From a virus, in the IMG/VR virus record IMGVR_UViG_3300030521_000001, positions 1 through 57,300 of that record: 57,300 bases of DNA; one strand, written 5' to 3'. The position numbers and the translations under genes are program-made. The notes under the pieces were generated by a model. That model saw nothing but the letters and a program-made list of their open reading frames with translations, ran no database searches and was not told the origin of the DNA. Shown here one piece after another: positions 24,606-33,214 of this stretch (its first letter is position 1; each line of letters opens with the position of its first letter).

Positions 24606-25166
24606 TCAACCAGCGACGGCATTCTTGCTGCTGACCCGGGCGTGGACGCTACAGTACGATTTCCTTAGTAGCGCCGGCCGTCCGCAGTACATCCCACCGT
24701 CGAGCGGCCAGCGACAGTCGCCGTCTTCCAGGTCCGCGAACGCCACCGGGTCGCACCTAAGCTTCAAATCGACGTTCAGGCTGAAATCAGTGCGGGGCGG
24801 CACCGACTTGGACAGACGCGACGGGCCGAAATTTAACGAGGCCTTCTCGTCGGGAGGCAACGCTTCTACCGCCACGGGCCTGGGCTTCTTCGGCGTGAAC
24901 AGGAAGTCCGCAACCGCCACAGGCCTGGGCGGCTTTGGCTTGCGGGCCGGCCGATACTTACACGTGGCGGGGTCGTATTTGCCGTTCACGTGCCGGTGCC
25001 GCGCGCCGATCACGGCGTTGCGAGTAATCCCCGTGGTGTTGAACTCTTCGTTCAAGGTCACGGCGATCTGGGCGTCGGACGTGCCGGCCTTGTATAATTC
25101 CTTCAACCGGTCGATGGCGCCTTCGCGCTTCCAGTTAAAGTCGAGCTTGCTAAAAGTCTGGCGCAT
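24606..25166 (-). CDS. GcrA-like cell-cycle regulator homolog.
   Basis: 186 aa. N-terminal W..E..IDRLKELYKAGTSDAQIAVTL......GITRNAVIGARHRH; Pro/Lys-rich linker; C-terminal FADLEDGDCRWPLDGGMYCGRPALLRKSYCSVHARV. This matches the GcrA architecture. Confidence 0.75.
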   Translation of the reverse strand: MRQTFSKLDFNWKREGAIDRLKELYKAGTSDAQIAVTLNEEFNTTGITRNAVIGARHRHVNGKYDPATCKYRPARKPKPPRPVAVADFLFTPKKPRPVAVEALPPDEKASLNFGPSRLSKSVPPRTDFSLNVDLKLRCDPVAFADLEDGDCRWPLDGGMYCGRPALLRKSYCSVHARVSSKNAVAG

Positions 25167-27417
25167 TAGTTTCCCTCGCTGGCGTCCCGCTCTCCGTCTG
25201 TTCAGGCCAGTTTATCACCTGACCCACATACTTGTCAAACCCCTTGCGGCACTGGTCGAGCGGCGGGAAGTCGATCCACGACAGTTGACGATTACTTAAC
25301 AACGTCCACGACTGCGGGATGCCAAGTTCTCCAACCAGTTCGTTGGAATAGTCGCGCTGGTAGCGCTGGATTGAGCGCCCAATCATCTTTTCAAGGGTCT
25401 GGTTAAACGCGGCGGGGTTAGGGATGTTGCGCACGCCGCGATTACGCAAGGACACTTCCATTGCGGCGTACAGCGCGGGTGAACCGACGACGCGCGGCCA
25501 GTCCTTCTTGCTGTCCTGCGCCCAGTTAAGTCTATCCGGCAGCAACAGCCCCGATAGCAGCGTTTCCATCCACCAGGCGTCGATCGGGGGCAGGTTCTGC
25601 GCCTTAAGATCCGACAGTGACTTGTTCTTGACGTTTGATCGTGCCAGCTTGGCGTCGTAGTCGAACTCCAGCAGGTACCTGAACAGTGCGGCCGGACCAC
25701 CTGCGTCCTTCTCGGCCACTACCTTGTCGATCAGGTCGTCCGGGGCCTTGCGCTGGTCCATGTCGATCACGGTGTAACGACGGTCGCCGGGCATCACGGG
25801 AGCGGCAAGATGGTTTGGGTTGCACAGCATGATCAGACGCAGAAAGTTGCGCACTCTGGTGGCGTCAATGCCCTTGGGCTCGGCCATCCGGAACTCATCA
25901 GTGATCAAAGACCGGATGATTGAGGCGTGCTTTCGATCGCCGCCGTATAGTGCTTCTTCGGAATGCAGCAACAACGTCCCGGCCAGATGCCGATTGAACG
26001 ACCCAGTCAAGTGTTTGTCCTGCGTCACAACCGTATAGGCAGGTCCGAGGATCACACCAAAATAAGCCACCATCAGCGATTTGCCGGCCCCCTCCGGTCC
26101 GATAATAACGGGTGCGGTCATAGATTTCTTCATCGGCTCGCGTACGATGTTCGCCATCCAGTTGATCAGCCAAAACGCCATCTCCTCGTCGCCGCCGCAA
26201 ATGACGTCGAACACCAGGTCCAGATACGCCTCGCAGCGTGTGTCGTAGTCGTCCCCTTCGTCGGGCCTGATGGCCCACCCACCCCACAGGTTGAGAATCT
26301 TGCCGTCGTCCTCTTCGCCGGGCCTGAAGTCGACGTTGTCGTAAGACCGGCGCCTAGGCGATTTCAGCCATAACGCCGCCTTGGGAATGGTCTTTTCCTT
26401 GCCGTCAATCTCCACCGTGGTGTAGTCGGTCCCCATCTTGTTGAGGAAATCATCCTTCATCATGAAGACGGGGGATTCGCCGGGACCGGCATCGACCGAG
26501 GCAATGCGAAACTTGCCTCCAACCAGGACGCAGGCAAAACGATCATTGTACTCTTGCAACAAGTTAATCGTAGGAGAGCCGGCCCATTCAAGCAGTCGGT
26601 CCACAATGACGTCGTTGTGTAGTTGTTTACGAAGAACACCAGCGCCGCTAATTTTCTTTCCCGCCTCACCGCGTCGGTAAGTAGCACGAACCGTCGGTAA
26701 TCTTGATTTGTCGTCATCGTCGGTATAATCCATCACGGCGTTGATGAGATCTTCCGCCTCGTCGGCCGTCCAGTCGAGATAGAACAGCATGCCGGCCAGG
26801 TGCTTGGCCGGCTCGTTGTGATAGCCGTCCGCCCAGATGTGGCGTACGATGAGAGTAGCGATGGCGACCTTGCGCACGGCGCGGGACAATATGGCCGTGG
26901 TGACGCTGGTCACTTCGGGGAAGGCAAGGTCCGACCATTCAATGGCTTCGCCGGACGTTTCGTGTACGGAACCCGGCATGACGGTCTGATGACCCCCATC
27001 GCCTCGCGCCTCGACGATAGTGGAATCGGCCGTTCGTACTGGATCAATAAACGCTTGCTTGTCGAAATCCGGAGTATCAACCTTGTAAAGATAATGCGAT
27101 CGAGGTTTAGACTTCCGTCCAAACACCGCCGTAGTTGGAGGTAAGAAACGTGCTGCAAAGTAAATGGCTTCATTACAATCACAGTCAATATCGACAGGAC
27201 CGTCAGAGCGGGGCCCAGTAACGATGCCCACGCCATAATTGTTGTCCCTCCACAGTTCGTCGCCGGGTGGTTTGTAACCCGAGGACACGTAGGTTTTGAA
27301 TATGGCAGCCTTGGATTGCGGGTGTAGAGGCACTGGCTTGAAGGAATTTTTACGCAACCAGGCCACCGTCTGGATCACGGCGTCTGATGATGGGAACTTG
27401 ACGACCTGCCTAGCCAA
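25150..27417 (-). CDS. Bifunctional primase-polymerase (AEP/PrimPol) fused to an SF3 (D5-like) helicase.
   Basis: 755 aa. AEP motifs VDIDCDCNEA, SHYLYKV, GHQTVMPGSVHETSGEAIEW. Walker A VIIGPEGAGKSL and Walker B LLLHSEEAL in the C-terminal half. Confidence 0.8.
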   Translation of the reverse strand: MARQVVKFPSSDAVIQTVAWLRKNSFKPVPLHPQSKAAIFKTYVSSGYKPPGDELWRDNNYGVGIVTGPRSDGPVDIDCDCNEAIYFAARFLPPTTAVFGRKSKPRSHYLYKVDTPDFDKQAFIDPVRTADSTIVEARGDGGHQTVMPGSVHETSGEAIEWSDLAFPEVTSVTTAILSRAVRKVAIATLIVRHIWADGYHNEPAKHLAGMLFYLDWTADEAEDLINAVMDYTDDDDKSRLPTVRATYRRGEAGKKISGAGVLRKQLHNDVIVDRLLEWAGSPTINLLQEYNDRFACVLVGGKFRIASVDAGPGESPVFMMKDDFLNKMGTDYTTVEIDGKEKTIPKAALWLKSPRRRSYDNVDFRPGEEDDGKILNLWGGWAIRPDEGDDYDTRCEAYLDLVFDVICGGDEEMAFWLINWMANIVREPMKKSMTAPVIIGPEGAGKSLMVAYFGVILGPAYTVVTQDKHLTGSFNRHLAGTLLLHSEEALYGGDRKHASIIRSLITDEFRMAEPKGIDATRVRNFLRLIMLCNPNHLAAPVMPGDRRYTVIDMDQRKAPDDLIDKVVAEKDAGGPAALFRYLLEFDYDAKLARSNVKNKSLSDLKAQNLPPIDAWWMETLLSGLLLPDRLNWAQDSKKDWPRVVGSPALYAAMEVSLRNRGVRNIPNPAAFNQTLEKMIGRSIQRYQRDYSNELVGELGIPQSWTLLSNRQLSWIDFPPLDQCRKGFDKYVGQVINWPEQTESGTPARETNAPDF

Positions 27418-27607
27418 TTTTCTTTTTCCTTATTTCAAGTCCGTTTCTGTCGAGCCGGCCCAGGAAGCCCGCCAACATGTTGGGACTGCTTTCAAACCAG
27501 GCGGACAGTATAAATTCAAACTCGCCGGGGTCGTGGATCAGTTCAAACATCAAGTTCTTGGACTTCTCGTCGGTAAGGACGAGGGCTTCGCGGGGGTAGG
27601 TGGGCAT
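27410..27607 (-). CDS. Hypothetical protein (65 aa).
   Basis: ORF abutting the upstream gene and overlapping the primase start by 8 nt. Confidence 0.45.
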   Translation of the reverse strand: MPTYPREALVLTDEKSKNLMFELIHDPGEFEFILSAWFESSPNMLAGFLGRLDRNGLEIRKKKIG

Positions 27608-27970
27608 TTACTGCTTTTCCTCCAGAAATCCGCGCAGTTCGCTCTTTAATGTTTCAAGACGGTCCTTGCGCCGTCGACGCGGCGGAGGCAGGTCGGGGTC
27701 CTCGATGGTGAAGAACCGTTCACGGATCAGGGTCTCGATGTTGGTGATGTCGGCGCGGCTGCGCCAGTTGCGGCCGAGATATACCTTGGTATTCCAGCGC
27801 AGATTACTGAGGCCGTCGGGACGATCAAACACAAAACGCACGCGCTCGTTGTTGTCGGGGCGCCGAAACTCGGAATGCAGGTGATCCGAGATCTCCCACT
27901 TCCAGTCTACAAGTGCTGAATCCTGGGCGTCCTGCAGCGAGGCGGCGAACAGCAAGGAATAGTTTGGCAT
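27608..27970 (-). CDS. Hypothetical protein (120 aa).
   Basis: ORF in operon context. Confidence 0.5.
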   Translation of the reverse strand: MPNYSLLFAASLQDAQDSALVDWKWEISDHLHSEFRRPDNNERVRFVFDRPDGLSNLRWNTKVYLGRNWRSRADITNIETLIRERFFTIEDPDLPPPRRRRKDRLETLKSELRGFLEEKQ

Positions 27971-27974
27971 GACC

Positions 27975-28151
27975 TTATACCGGTGGTGGACCTGCGCCCC
28001 AGACCCACCAGATCAGGCCGCGCAAAAAGGCAGCGTAGGGCCCAAGTGGGACTTGATAAAACGCCGGGTCAAACAACAACAGGACCACGGCGAACGACAC
28101 CAAGCAAACGACGTTACAATAGGCGTAAATCTTTATGACGTTCCAATTCAT
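27975..28151 (-). CDS. Small membrane protein (58 aa).
   Basis: Not in the ORF track. Sequence MNWNVIKIYAYCNVVCLVSFAVVLLLFDPAFYQVPLGPYAAFLRGLIWWVWGAGPPPV. Fills an otherwise empty gap. Confidence 0.45.
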   Translation of the reverse strand: MNWNVIKIYAYCNVVCLVSFAVVLLLFDPAFYQVPLGPYAAFLRGLIWWVWGAGPPPV

Positions 28152-28155
28152 GGTT

Positions 28156-28338
28156 TCAGTCCTTCAGCGTCGCCTTTTCATACAGGTAGTCCTGCATCGA
28201 TTTGATCGCGCCGCGCGCAGTATCGTCGGGCAAGATGGCCTGAGCGAACGGGCGATCGTACTCATCGTACATCACGAGGTGGACGCCGCAGTTGGGGGAG
28301 CCGCAGGTGGAAAGTTCGATGCGATGGGCGTACTGCAC
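28156..28338 (-). CDS. Hypothetical protein (60 aa).
   Basis: ORF in operon context. Confidence 0.45.
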   Translation of the reverse strand: MQYAHRIELSTCGSPNCGVHLVMYDEYDRPFAQAILPDDTARGAIKSMQDYLYEKATLKD

Positions 28339-28341
28339 GGC

Positions 28342-28842
28342 TCAGGCCCTCCTGCTGGTCTTGGTGAGAGCGGCAGCGTATATTGCTTGCTCTTCCGGCG
28401 TCAGGGGTTCTAATTCAATCCCATTACGGTATTCACGCTTCCACTTGATACGGTATAGGCGTTTGCATTCCACGCACTGCCCGTTGCCTGTATGTTTCAG
28501 AGTACCGTGGCCCTGATCGCATGGCAAGCCGTGGTAGGTGGGCCTCTTTAGGCGTCGCGCCTCGGCACGACTAGTGGCCACTTCTTCCGCGTGCTGGCTA
28601 GGGCGGGCGGCGCGACAATAATAACCGTAGTACGATTCCCACGCGGCCAAGATCGAGACTAAATTGGTACACCCCGTCTTAACTAGGAATTTTTTCATTT
28701 GTGTGGCGTTGGGGAATTTGTTAGGAGCGTCCCCACGCCTGCGAACGTGGGACAGGATGGCGTTTAGTCCAACATCGTCAGTAGTGGACTGCGTGTCGTG
28801 CGCCCATTGTTGTACGACAGTGTGTGGACCAGAACTAGTCAT
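28342..28842 (-). CDS. First early gene; hypothetical protein with a Zn-ribbon-like motif.
   Basis: 166 aa. YHGLPCDQGHGTLKHTGNGQCVECKR motif. Preceded by GGGAGGGTAGGAC and a promoter. Confidence 0.55.
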   Translation of the reverse strand: MTSSGPHTVVQQWAHDTQSTTDDVGLNAILSHVRRRGDAPNKFPNATQMKKFLVKTGCTNLVSILAAWESYYGYYCRAARPSQHAEEVATSRAEARRLKRPTYHGLPCDQGHGTLKHTGNGQCVECKRLYRIKWKREYRNGIELEPLTPEEQAIYAAALTKTSRRA

Positions 28843-28944
28843 GTCCTACCCTCCCAGTAGGTTGCGCCGAGCACCAGACTGTGCTAAGCTATGTACTGTT
28901 CGGGGAGGCGGACCGCAAAAATCAGTCTCCTCGATCACTCCCAA

Positions 28945-28973
28945 AGTAGAGCACCTGTCGGGCGTGGCGTCAA
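28945..28973 (-). promoter_or_regulatory. Early promoter, TTGACG-N17(..GTGC)-TCTACT.
   Basis: Minus-strand GCTTGACGCCACGCCCGACAGGTGCTCTACT. Overlaps a CCTGTCGGG/CCCGACAGG inverted repeat. About 100 nt upstream of the first early gene. Confidence 0.5.
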
Positions 28974-29104
28974 GCCCCCGACAGGCCCGCTGGGAACTTT
29001 GGTAGTTCCTAAGGTAAGGGTAGAGATAATATCTCCACCCGAAGGCAGGCCCAGACCATAACGGGGCCAAACAACGCCGAGAACGGCGTTCAAACAATCT
29101 CTCC

Positions 29105-29294
29105 CCTCTCTTACCCGTGGTCTCTTCACGCGCGCCCACGTACGCGAAGACAGAGAAAGAGTAAGAGAGGTGGCCTTTTCTTTTAGAAGAAGAAAGAAAG
29201 AAAATCAAGGGTAAGAGAAGGGGGAGATCCTTTTTAGTCCGTTCTTTGCCGTTTGTTGTTTATTTATGGTAGGTGGAATTTTAAGAGTAAGAGA
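29105..29294. repeat. Iteron-like GTAAGAGA repeats plus a polypurine tract in the divergent intergenic region.
   Basis: GTAAGAGA at 29161, 29211 and 29287, with an inverted copy at 29107-29114. CCTCTCTTAC (29105-29114) and GTAAGAGAGG (29161-29170) form a 10-bp inverted repeat. 20-nt purine run at 29185-29204. AT-rich stretch at 29249-29287. Confidence 0.7.
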
Positions 29295-29432
29295 CTAGTA
29301 GAGATGGTTTAGTTCCAAGCGACGCGGTCTTTGAGGTTCAGGTTCCAGTTCGCGGGGCAGGGGGCTTGCGAAGCGCCGTCCGGCGTGCTCTATTCAGCGT
29401 AGCCTGAACCAGCACTAAGGGTACTTGCGCGT

Positions 29433-29987
29433 GTGAAAAAGCCCAAACCCAAGAAAGCGAAGCCCCCGCCCAATGCCGAGGCAACCGCAAAACTTGCAGC
29501 TTCCAAAGCAGCCACGCAGCCGATATTGTGGCAAAGTGGCATGCGGAAGCGATCTCGTGAGTTGGAAGAATTTTTCCTCGCCGGGTTGCGTAGAGCATGG
29601 TCGGTTTCAAAGTCGGCTCAGGCTATTGGCATTACTCCTACGACAGCTTACGAATGGAAGAACAAGTCCCTTGCGTCACGCCGTGAGGATGGCACTTACG
29701 CCGACGATTTCTGCGTCCGCTGGGTCGGGGCGTACGAGACCGGCGTCGATCGGATCGAGGACGAAGTCATTCGCCGAGCGGTCGAGGGGGTTGAGAAGCC
29801 AGTGTATCAAGGCGGCATTCTCGTCGGCTCGGTCACTGAGTATTCCGACACGTTGGCAGGTCTCGTCATGAGAGGCAAGCGACCAGGTGTTTATAATACC
29901 GAACGCCACGAGCATACCGGCAAGGACGGCGGGGCGATCCAGCACAATTTGCAAATCGAGTTCATCGACGCGAAGGGCAAGAAATGA
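29433..29987 (+). CDS. terS: Terminase small subunit candidate (HTH protein), GTG start.
   Basis: 184 aa, first gene of the late strand. HTH SKSAQAIGITPTTAYEWKNKS, followed by EVIRRAVEGVEKPVYQGG..VTEYSDTLAGLVMRGKRPGVY, typical of small terminases of alphaproteobacterial phages. Confidence 0.5.
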   Translation: MKKPKPKKAKPPPNAEATAKLAASKAATQPILWQSGMRKRSRELEEFFLAGLRRAWSVSKSAQAIGITPTTAYEWKNKSLASRREDGTYADDFCVRWVGAYETGVDRIEDEVIRRAVEGVEKPVYQGGILVGSVTEYSDTLAGLVMRGKRPGVYNTERHEHTGKDGGAIQHNLQIEFIDAKGKK

Positions 29988-30283
29988 TTAAGATCACTAA
30001 AGGCCCACAAGCAGATTACGAAGCCCGGTTTGGTGAAGTTGGAGACGTCGTCGATTTTCGTATCGTGTCGGACTATCACATCCAGACTGACACGATTTTG
30101 ACGCGCTTGGACGTCAAAGTGGACGAGGAACATTGGCATAATGCCGTGTTCACATCCGTACGATTACGCCAGTTGAAAATTCCACAGGTCGGTGTCGATG
30201 GGGCGTGGGGCGCTGGCGCCAATCGGCAAGACCTGATCGAGGCGCTGCGCGGGTTGGTGGACGCGCTGGAGCAAGGCAAATGA
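29984..30283 (+). CDS. Hypothetical protein (99 aa).
   Basis: ATGA overlaps at both ends. Confidence 0.5.
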   Translation: MIKITKGPQADYEARFGEVGDVVDFRIVSDYHIQTDTILTRLDVKVDEEHWHNAVFTSVRLRQLKIPQVGVDGAWGAGANRQDLIEALRGLVDALEQGK

Positions 30284-30777
30284 TTGAACGTCGCAGCATT
30301 CTCGTCGGTTTGGGCGCGCTGTTCGCGGCGCCCGCGATCGTGAAGGCTGCGTCGCTGATGAAAGTGACGCCGACCGAAATCATCAGGGCGCCGAACTACA
30401 ACTATTTGACGGTCGACCAGATCACACGCGAAGCTGTGCGACGGTTCGCAGATTGCAACAAATTCATGCAGGAAATCGACAAACAGTACGCGGAAGACTT
30501 AGCGTTTGCACACGGCGACCAGTGGTGGGCCAGCGGCACTGAAATTGGTCAAGTGCTTCGCATTCGGCTACCGAACGATTACACCGTGAGCGACGGGCCG
30601 GGCTTGTCGATACAGGAACCGAGCGAGCGCTACATATTTGCAATGATGAACCAATCAACCGGTTTGGTTTCGATGTCGGATCAGTTGGCTGCGGCGGCCG
30701 TTGTTGCTGTCGCCGCTCCCGTCGTGGTGCAGAAGGTGCTTGAACAGCCAGTGACGCGGAGGTTCTGGGCCAGATGA
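30280..30777 (+). CDS. Coat-protein N-terminal paralog carrying a Tat-like signal peptide.
   Basis: Internal ATG 30280 (ATGA overlap). N-terminus MIERRSILVGLGALFAAPAIVKA-AS. Then LTVDQITREAV..FMQEIDKQYAEDL....IGQVLRIRLPNDYTVSDGPGLSIQEPSE aligns with residues of the major capsid protein (LTISMITREAI..FLKNLNRQYDNEF....IGSQLRIRLPNDYTVTDGPALSVQDTAE). Confidence 0.65.
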   Translation: MIERRSILVGLGALFAAPAIVKAASLMKVTPTEIIRAPNYNYLTVDQITREAVRRFADCNKFMQEIDKQYAEDLAFAHGDQWWASGTEIGQVLRIRLPNDYTVSDGPGLSIQEPSERYIFAMMNQSTGLVSMSDQLAAAAVVAVAAPVVVQKVLEQPVTRRFWAR

Positions 30778-31337
30778 GAACCGACAACGCGCTCAGCACG
30801 CACCTGGAAGAGAAGAAGCGATCCGAACGCGTTACGATGACGATCGTAAAACCCGCAGGGGTTTGCACTTGCCCTATGTGTTTGCAGCACAAGGAAGCAA
30901 CAGGACACGACCTGATCCAAAATATCAGCATGCGTGAAATTACGGAGTACAAACCTGGGGCAGCCGTCAGCATAGACGACGTCGTATCAGGGCCGGTGTA
31001 TGAAGCGCAGCCTTTGACCCGTGTCAATGCGTCGTACCAGAGTGGCAATGCGCTAGTCGTTGATCCGCTCCATGAAGATCTTCCAGTTGGGATAGTCATC
31101 GAAATTGACAACGTGAAAATGTGGAATCGCACAGCCGATTGCTCAATGACGCGTCTGCGTCAATTTGTTACGACCAGCAAGGCGGGGATTGGGCACACGA
31201 TCCTGTTCCTTTATCCGTCGATTTGGGCGATTAAGGATGACCCGTTGCGTACGGTCGTTGATCTACCGATGAACAAAGCTATCGTAAGACGCGTTACTGC
31301 CGCAGCAATCCCGCTGCATGATGGAGGGGTAAAATGA
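30774..31337 (+). CDS. Coat-protein middle-region paralog (187 aa).
   Basis: YQSGNALVVDPLHEDLPVGIVIEIDNVKMWNRTADCSMTRLRQFVTTSKAGIGHTILFLYPSIW aligns with the capsid segment GQTGPTLVVNAITGTLLVGDIVTVAGTIAVNRVAKSTTGELRQLVILTNAANAATSLNVYPSII. ATGA overlaps at both ends. Confidence 0.6.
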   Translation: MRTDNALSTHLEEKKRSERVTMTIVKPAGVCTCPMCLQHKEATGHDLIQNISMREITEYKPGAAVSIDDVVSGPVYEAQPLTRVNASYQSGNALVVDPLHEDLPVGIVIEIDNVKMWNRTADCSMTRLRQFVTTSKAGIGHTILFLYPSIWAIKDDPLRTVVDLPMNKAIVRRVTAAAIPLHDGGVK

Positions 31338-32881
31338 AGCTGTTTCGTTCTGCGGCAGTGGGGCTTGGCGCTCTGGCTGTTATTTCTGTAGCGGCGTACG
31401 CCGCTGGTTATTTTCCGGGCTTCCCGGTCGTGGGCGGCCTCGCGTATTGCCAGTCCTCGGCCGGCGTCGGTGCGGGCACCGGCTCGTCAACCTTCGCCTC
31501 GACTACGCCCGGCGCGCAGTTTGGACAGGGCGCCGTGGGTCAGGCTGGCACGTTCGCCAACCCGTGTAATCTCGGCGTGAACGTCGGGCCAGCGGCTGTA
31601 ACCGGTTCGGAACTGATCGCGGCAGACACCAACTTGCCGGGTGGGGTGCAGCCCCAGACCGTGCTGGTTCCGACGTCCATCCTTGGCCAGTCGGTCAACC
31701 GCCTGATCGGCGGTGAGTTTACTACCAACCTGGCGCAGCGCCTCTCAACCACCAAGGGCATCGCGTCGCTTGCCACGCTGTCCCCGACCGCAGCCGTCAT
31801 CACGGCTGACCGTTGGTGGGTGATCGCCCCGGCAGCCGGCGTCACCGTCACGATGGACTCGACGGCGGCAACTGCCGTGGTCCCCGGGCTCAACAACACC
31901 AAGGCGCTCCGTCTCGCTCGCACCACGTCCGGTGCGGCGGGCATCATGTGCCTGGGCCAGACGCTCGACGCGGCGGCATCGCAACCGCTGATCGGCAACA
32001 ACGCCGTGTTCTCGTTCTGGGAGTCCAACGGCGCTGGTCAATCGGCCACCAACGGTAACTTCACGGTCAACGTCGATTACACTTCGGCCGCCGACGCTGC
32101 AGCCACCCAGGCCACGCTTGGTTTCGCGGGCGCCAACGGTTCGCTGTTCGCGCTGGGTGACGTCGGTCTGCTGTCGGCCGGCCCTACCAACATGACCCGC
32201 GCCATTGCCGGCGCGTCGGTCGGCACCACCGCTTCGGTGACGGCGGGTGTGGCGACCATCGCGGGCTCGACCACGTGGGCGCGCTACAGCGTTTACGCGC
32301 CGATCCCGTTGACCATTCCCGGCACCACCACGCTGGTTACCTCGGTCAGTGTTTCGGTGTGCTTTACCCCAACCGTGACGACCGCGATTACGACCGACTG
32401 GATCGAACTTGAAGGTCTGCAGCTTGAAGCCAAGCCGTCGACCGCCACGGTTTCGATGCCTTCAGGCGTGATCTCGCCGACCACGTTGGAACGCCGACCG
32501 GCACAGATCGAACAGGCCCTCAGCCAGTACTACTGGTACTACAACTTTGAGAGCCAGACGCTGATCTCGACGGTAGCTTCCTGCGCCAACACGTCAACCA
32601 CCATCATGAACTGCTTCCTGCAGTTTCCGGTGCAACAGCGTCTGGCCCCGGTAGTCAAGTACACGACCGGTTTCCAGGGCTTCACGACGACCGGCTACAC
32701 GGCGGTCGGCGCTTGTACGACCTTGGCGGCGTCAGCGTCCTACGTGACGGTGCCGTCCAGCTTCGGCGTCCTGATCAACTGCACGGCCGGCACGCTTCCC
32801 GCAGCCGGTACGGCGAATCAGCTTACGACGCTCGGCACGGCTTCCGCGACCGGCATCATCGTGGCGAGTTCGGAGCCGTAG
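31334..32881 (+). CDS. Signal-peptide protein with a fibre/receptor-binding-like beta-rich body (515 aa).
   Basis: N-terminus MKLFRSAAVGLGALAVISVAAYA-AG. Ala/Thr/Gly-rich. Motifs NRLIGGEFTTNLAQR, ADRWWVI and IELEGLQLEAKPSTAT...LERRPAQIEQALSQYYWYY recall jelly-roll tail-fibre tip domains of alphaproteobacterial phages. Confidence 0.55.
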   Translation: MKLFRSAAVGLGALAVISVAAYAAGYFPGFPVVGGLAYCQSSAGVGAGTGSSTFASTTPGAQFGQGAVGQAGTFANPCNLGVNVGPAAVTGSELIAADTNLPGGVQPQTVLVPTSILGQSVNRLIGGEFTTNLAQRLSTTKGIASLATLSPTAAVITADRWWVIAPAAGVTVTMDSTAATAVVPGLNNTKALRLARTTSGAAGIMCLGQTLDAAASQPLIGNNAVFSFWESNGAGQSATNGNFTVNVDYTSAADAAATQATLGFAGANGSLFALGDVGLLSAGPTNMTRAIAGASVGTTASVTAGVATIAGSTTWARYSVYAPIPLTIPGTTTLVTSVSVSVCFTPTVTTAITTDWIELEGLQLEAKPSTATVSMPSGVISPTTLERRPAQIEQALSQYYWYYNFESQTLISTVASCANTSTTIMNCFLQFPVQQRLAPVVKYTTGFQGFTTTGYTAVGACTTLAASASYVTVPSSFGVLINCTAGTLPAAGTANQLTTLGTASATGIIVASSEP

Positions 32882-32977
32882 GATAACGGCGCTTTACGAC
32901 CCACCAAATTGGGCCGATTACGCCTAGTCCCCTCCGCACCACAGCGGAGGGGGCGCCGTATTACAAGGAGACGTTCG

Positions 32978-33214
32978 ATGGCCAACCAGCGCGTCGATTT
33001 CACCGAACTCAACAATCCGATGTTGAAGTGGCTGCTGGACGATGGCACCGAGATTTGGTTGAAGGTCAACCTGATGGGTGTCATGCGCACCGACGAGCGC
33101 TTGCCGGACGGCCAGTTCAAGCACGAACTGAGGTTCAATCAGGCAGTGGAGCAGGTCGCACCGGCCGGCGAGATTGACGTTCGCAAACTGGCGGGAGCGC
33201 GCGATGGATCTTGA
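32978..33214 (+). CDS. Hypothetical protein (78 aa).
   Basis: Internal ATG is preceded by AAGGAG at a 7-nt spacing. Confidence 0.5.
   Translation: MANQRVDFTELNNPMLKWLLDDGTEIWLKVNLMGVMRTDERLPDGQFKHELRFNQAVEQVAPAGEIDVRKLAGARDGS

Noticed and set aside
28846-29610. ORFs predicted in the divergent intergenic region (28846-29208, 28935-29129, 29338-29610, all minus strand).
   Set aside because: The translations are low-complexity, run through repeats, hairpins and the polypurine tract, lack ribosome-binding sites, and overlap the proposed early promoter. I treat the region as non-coding.
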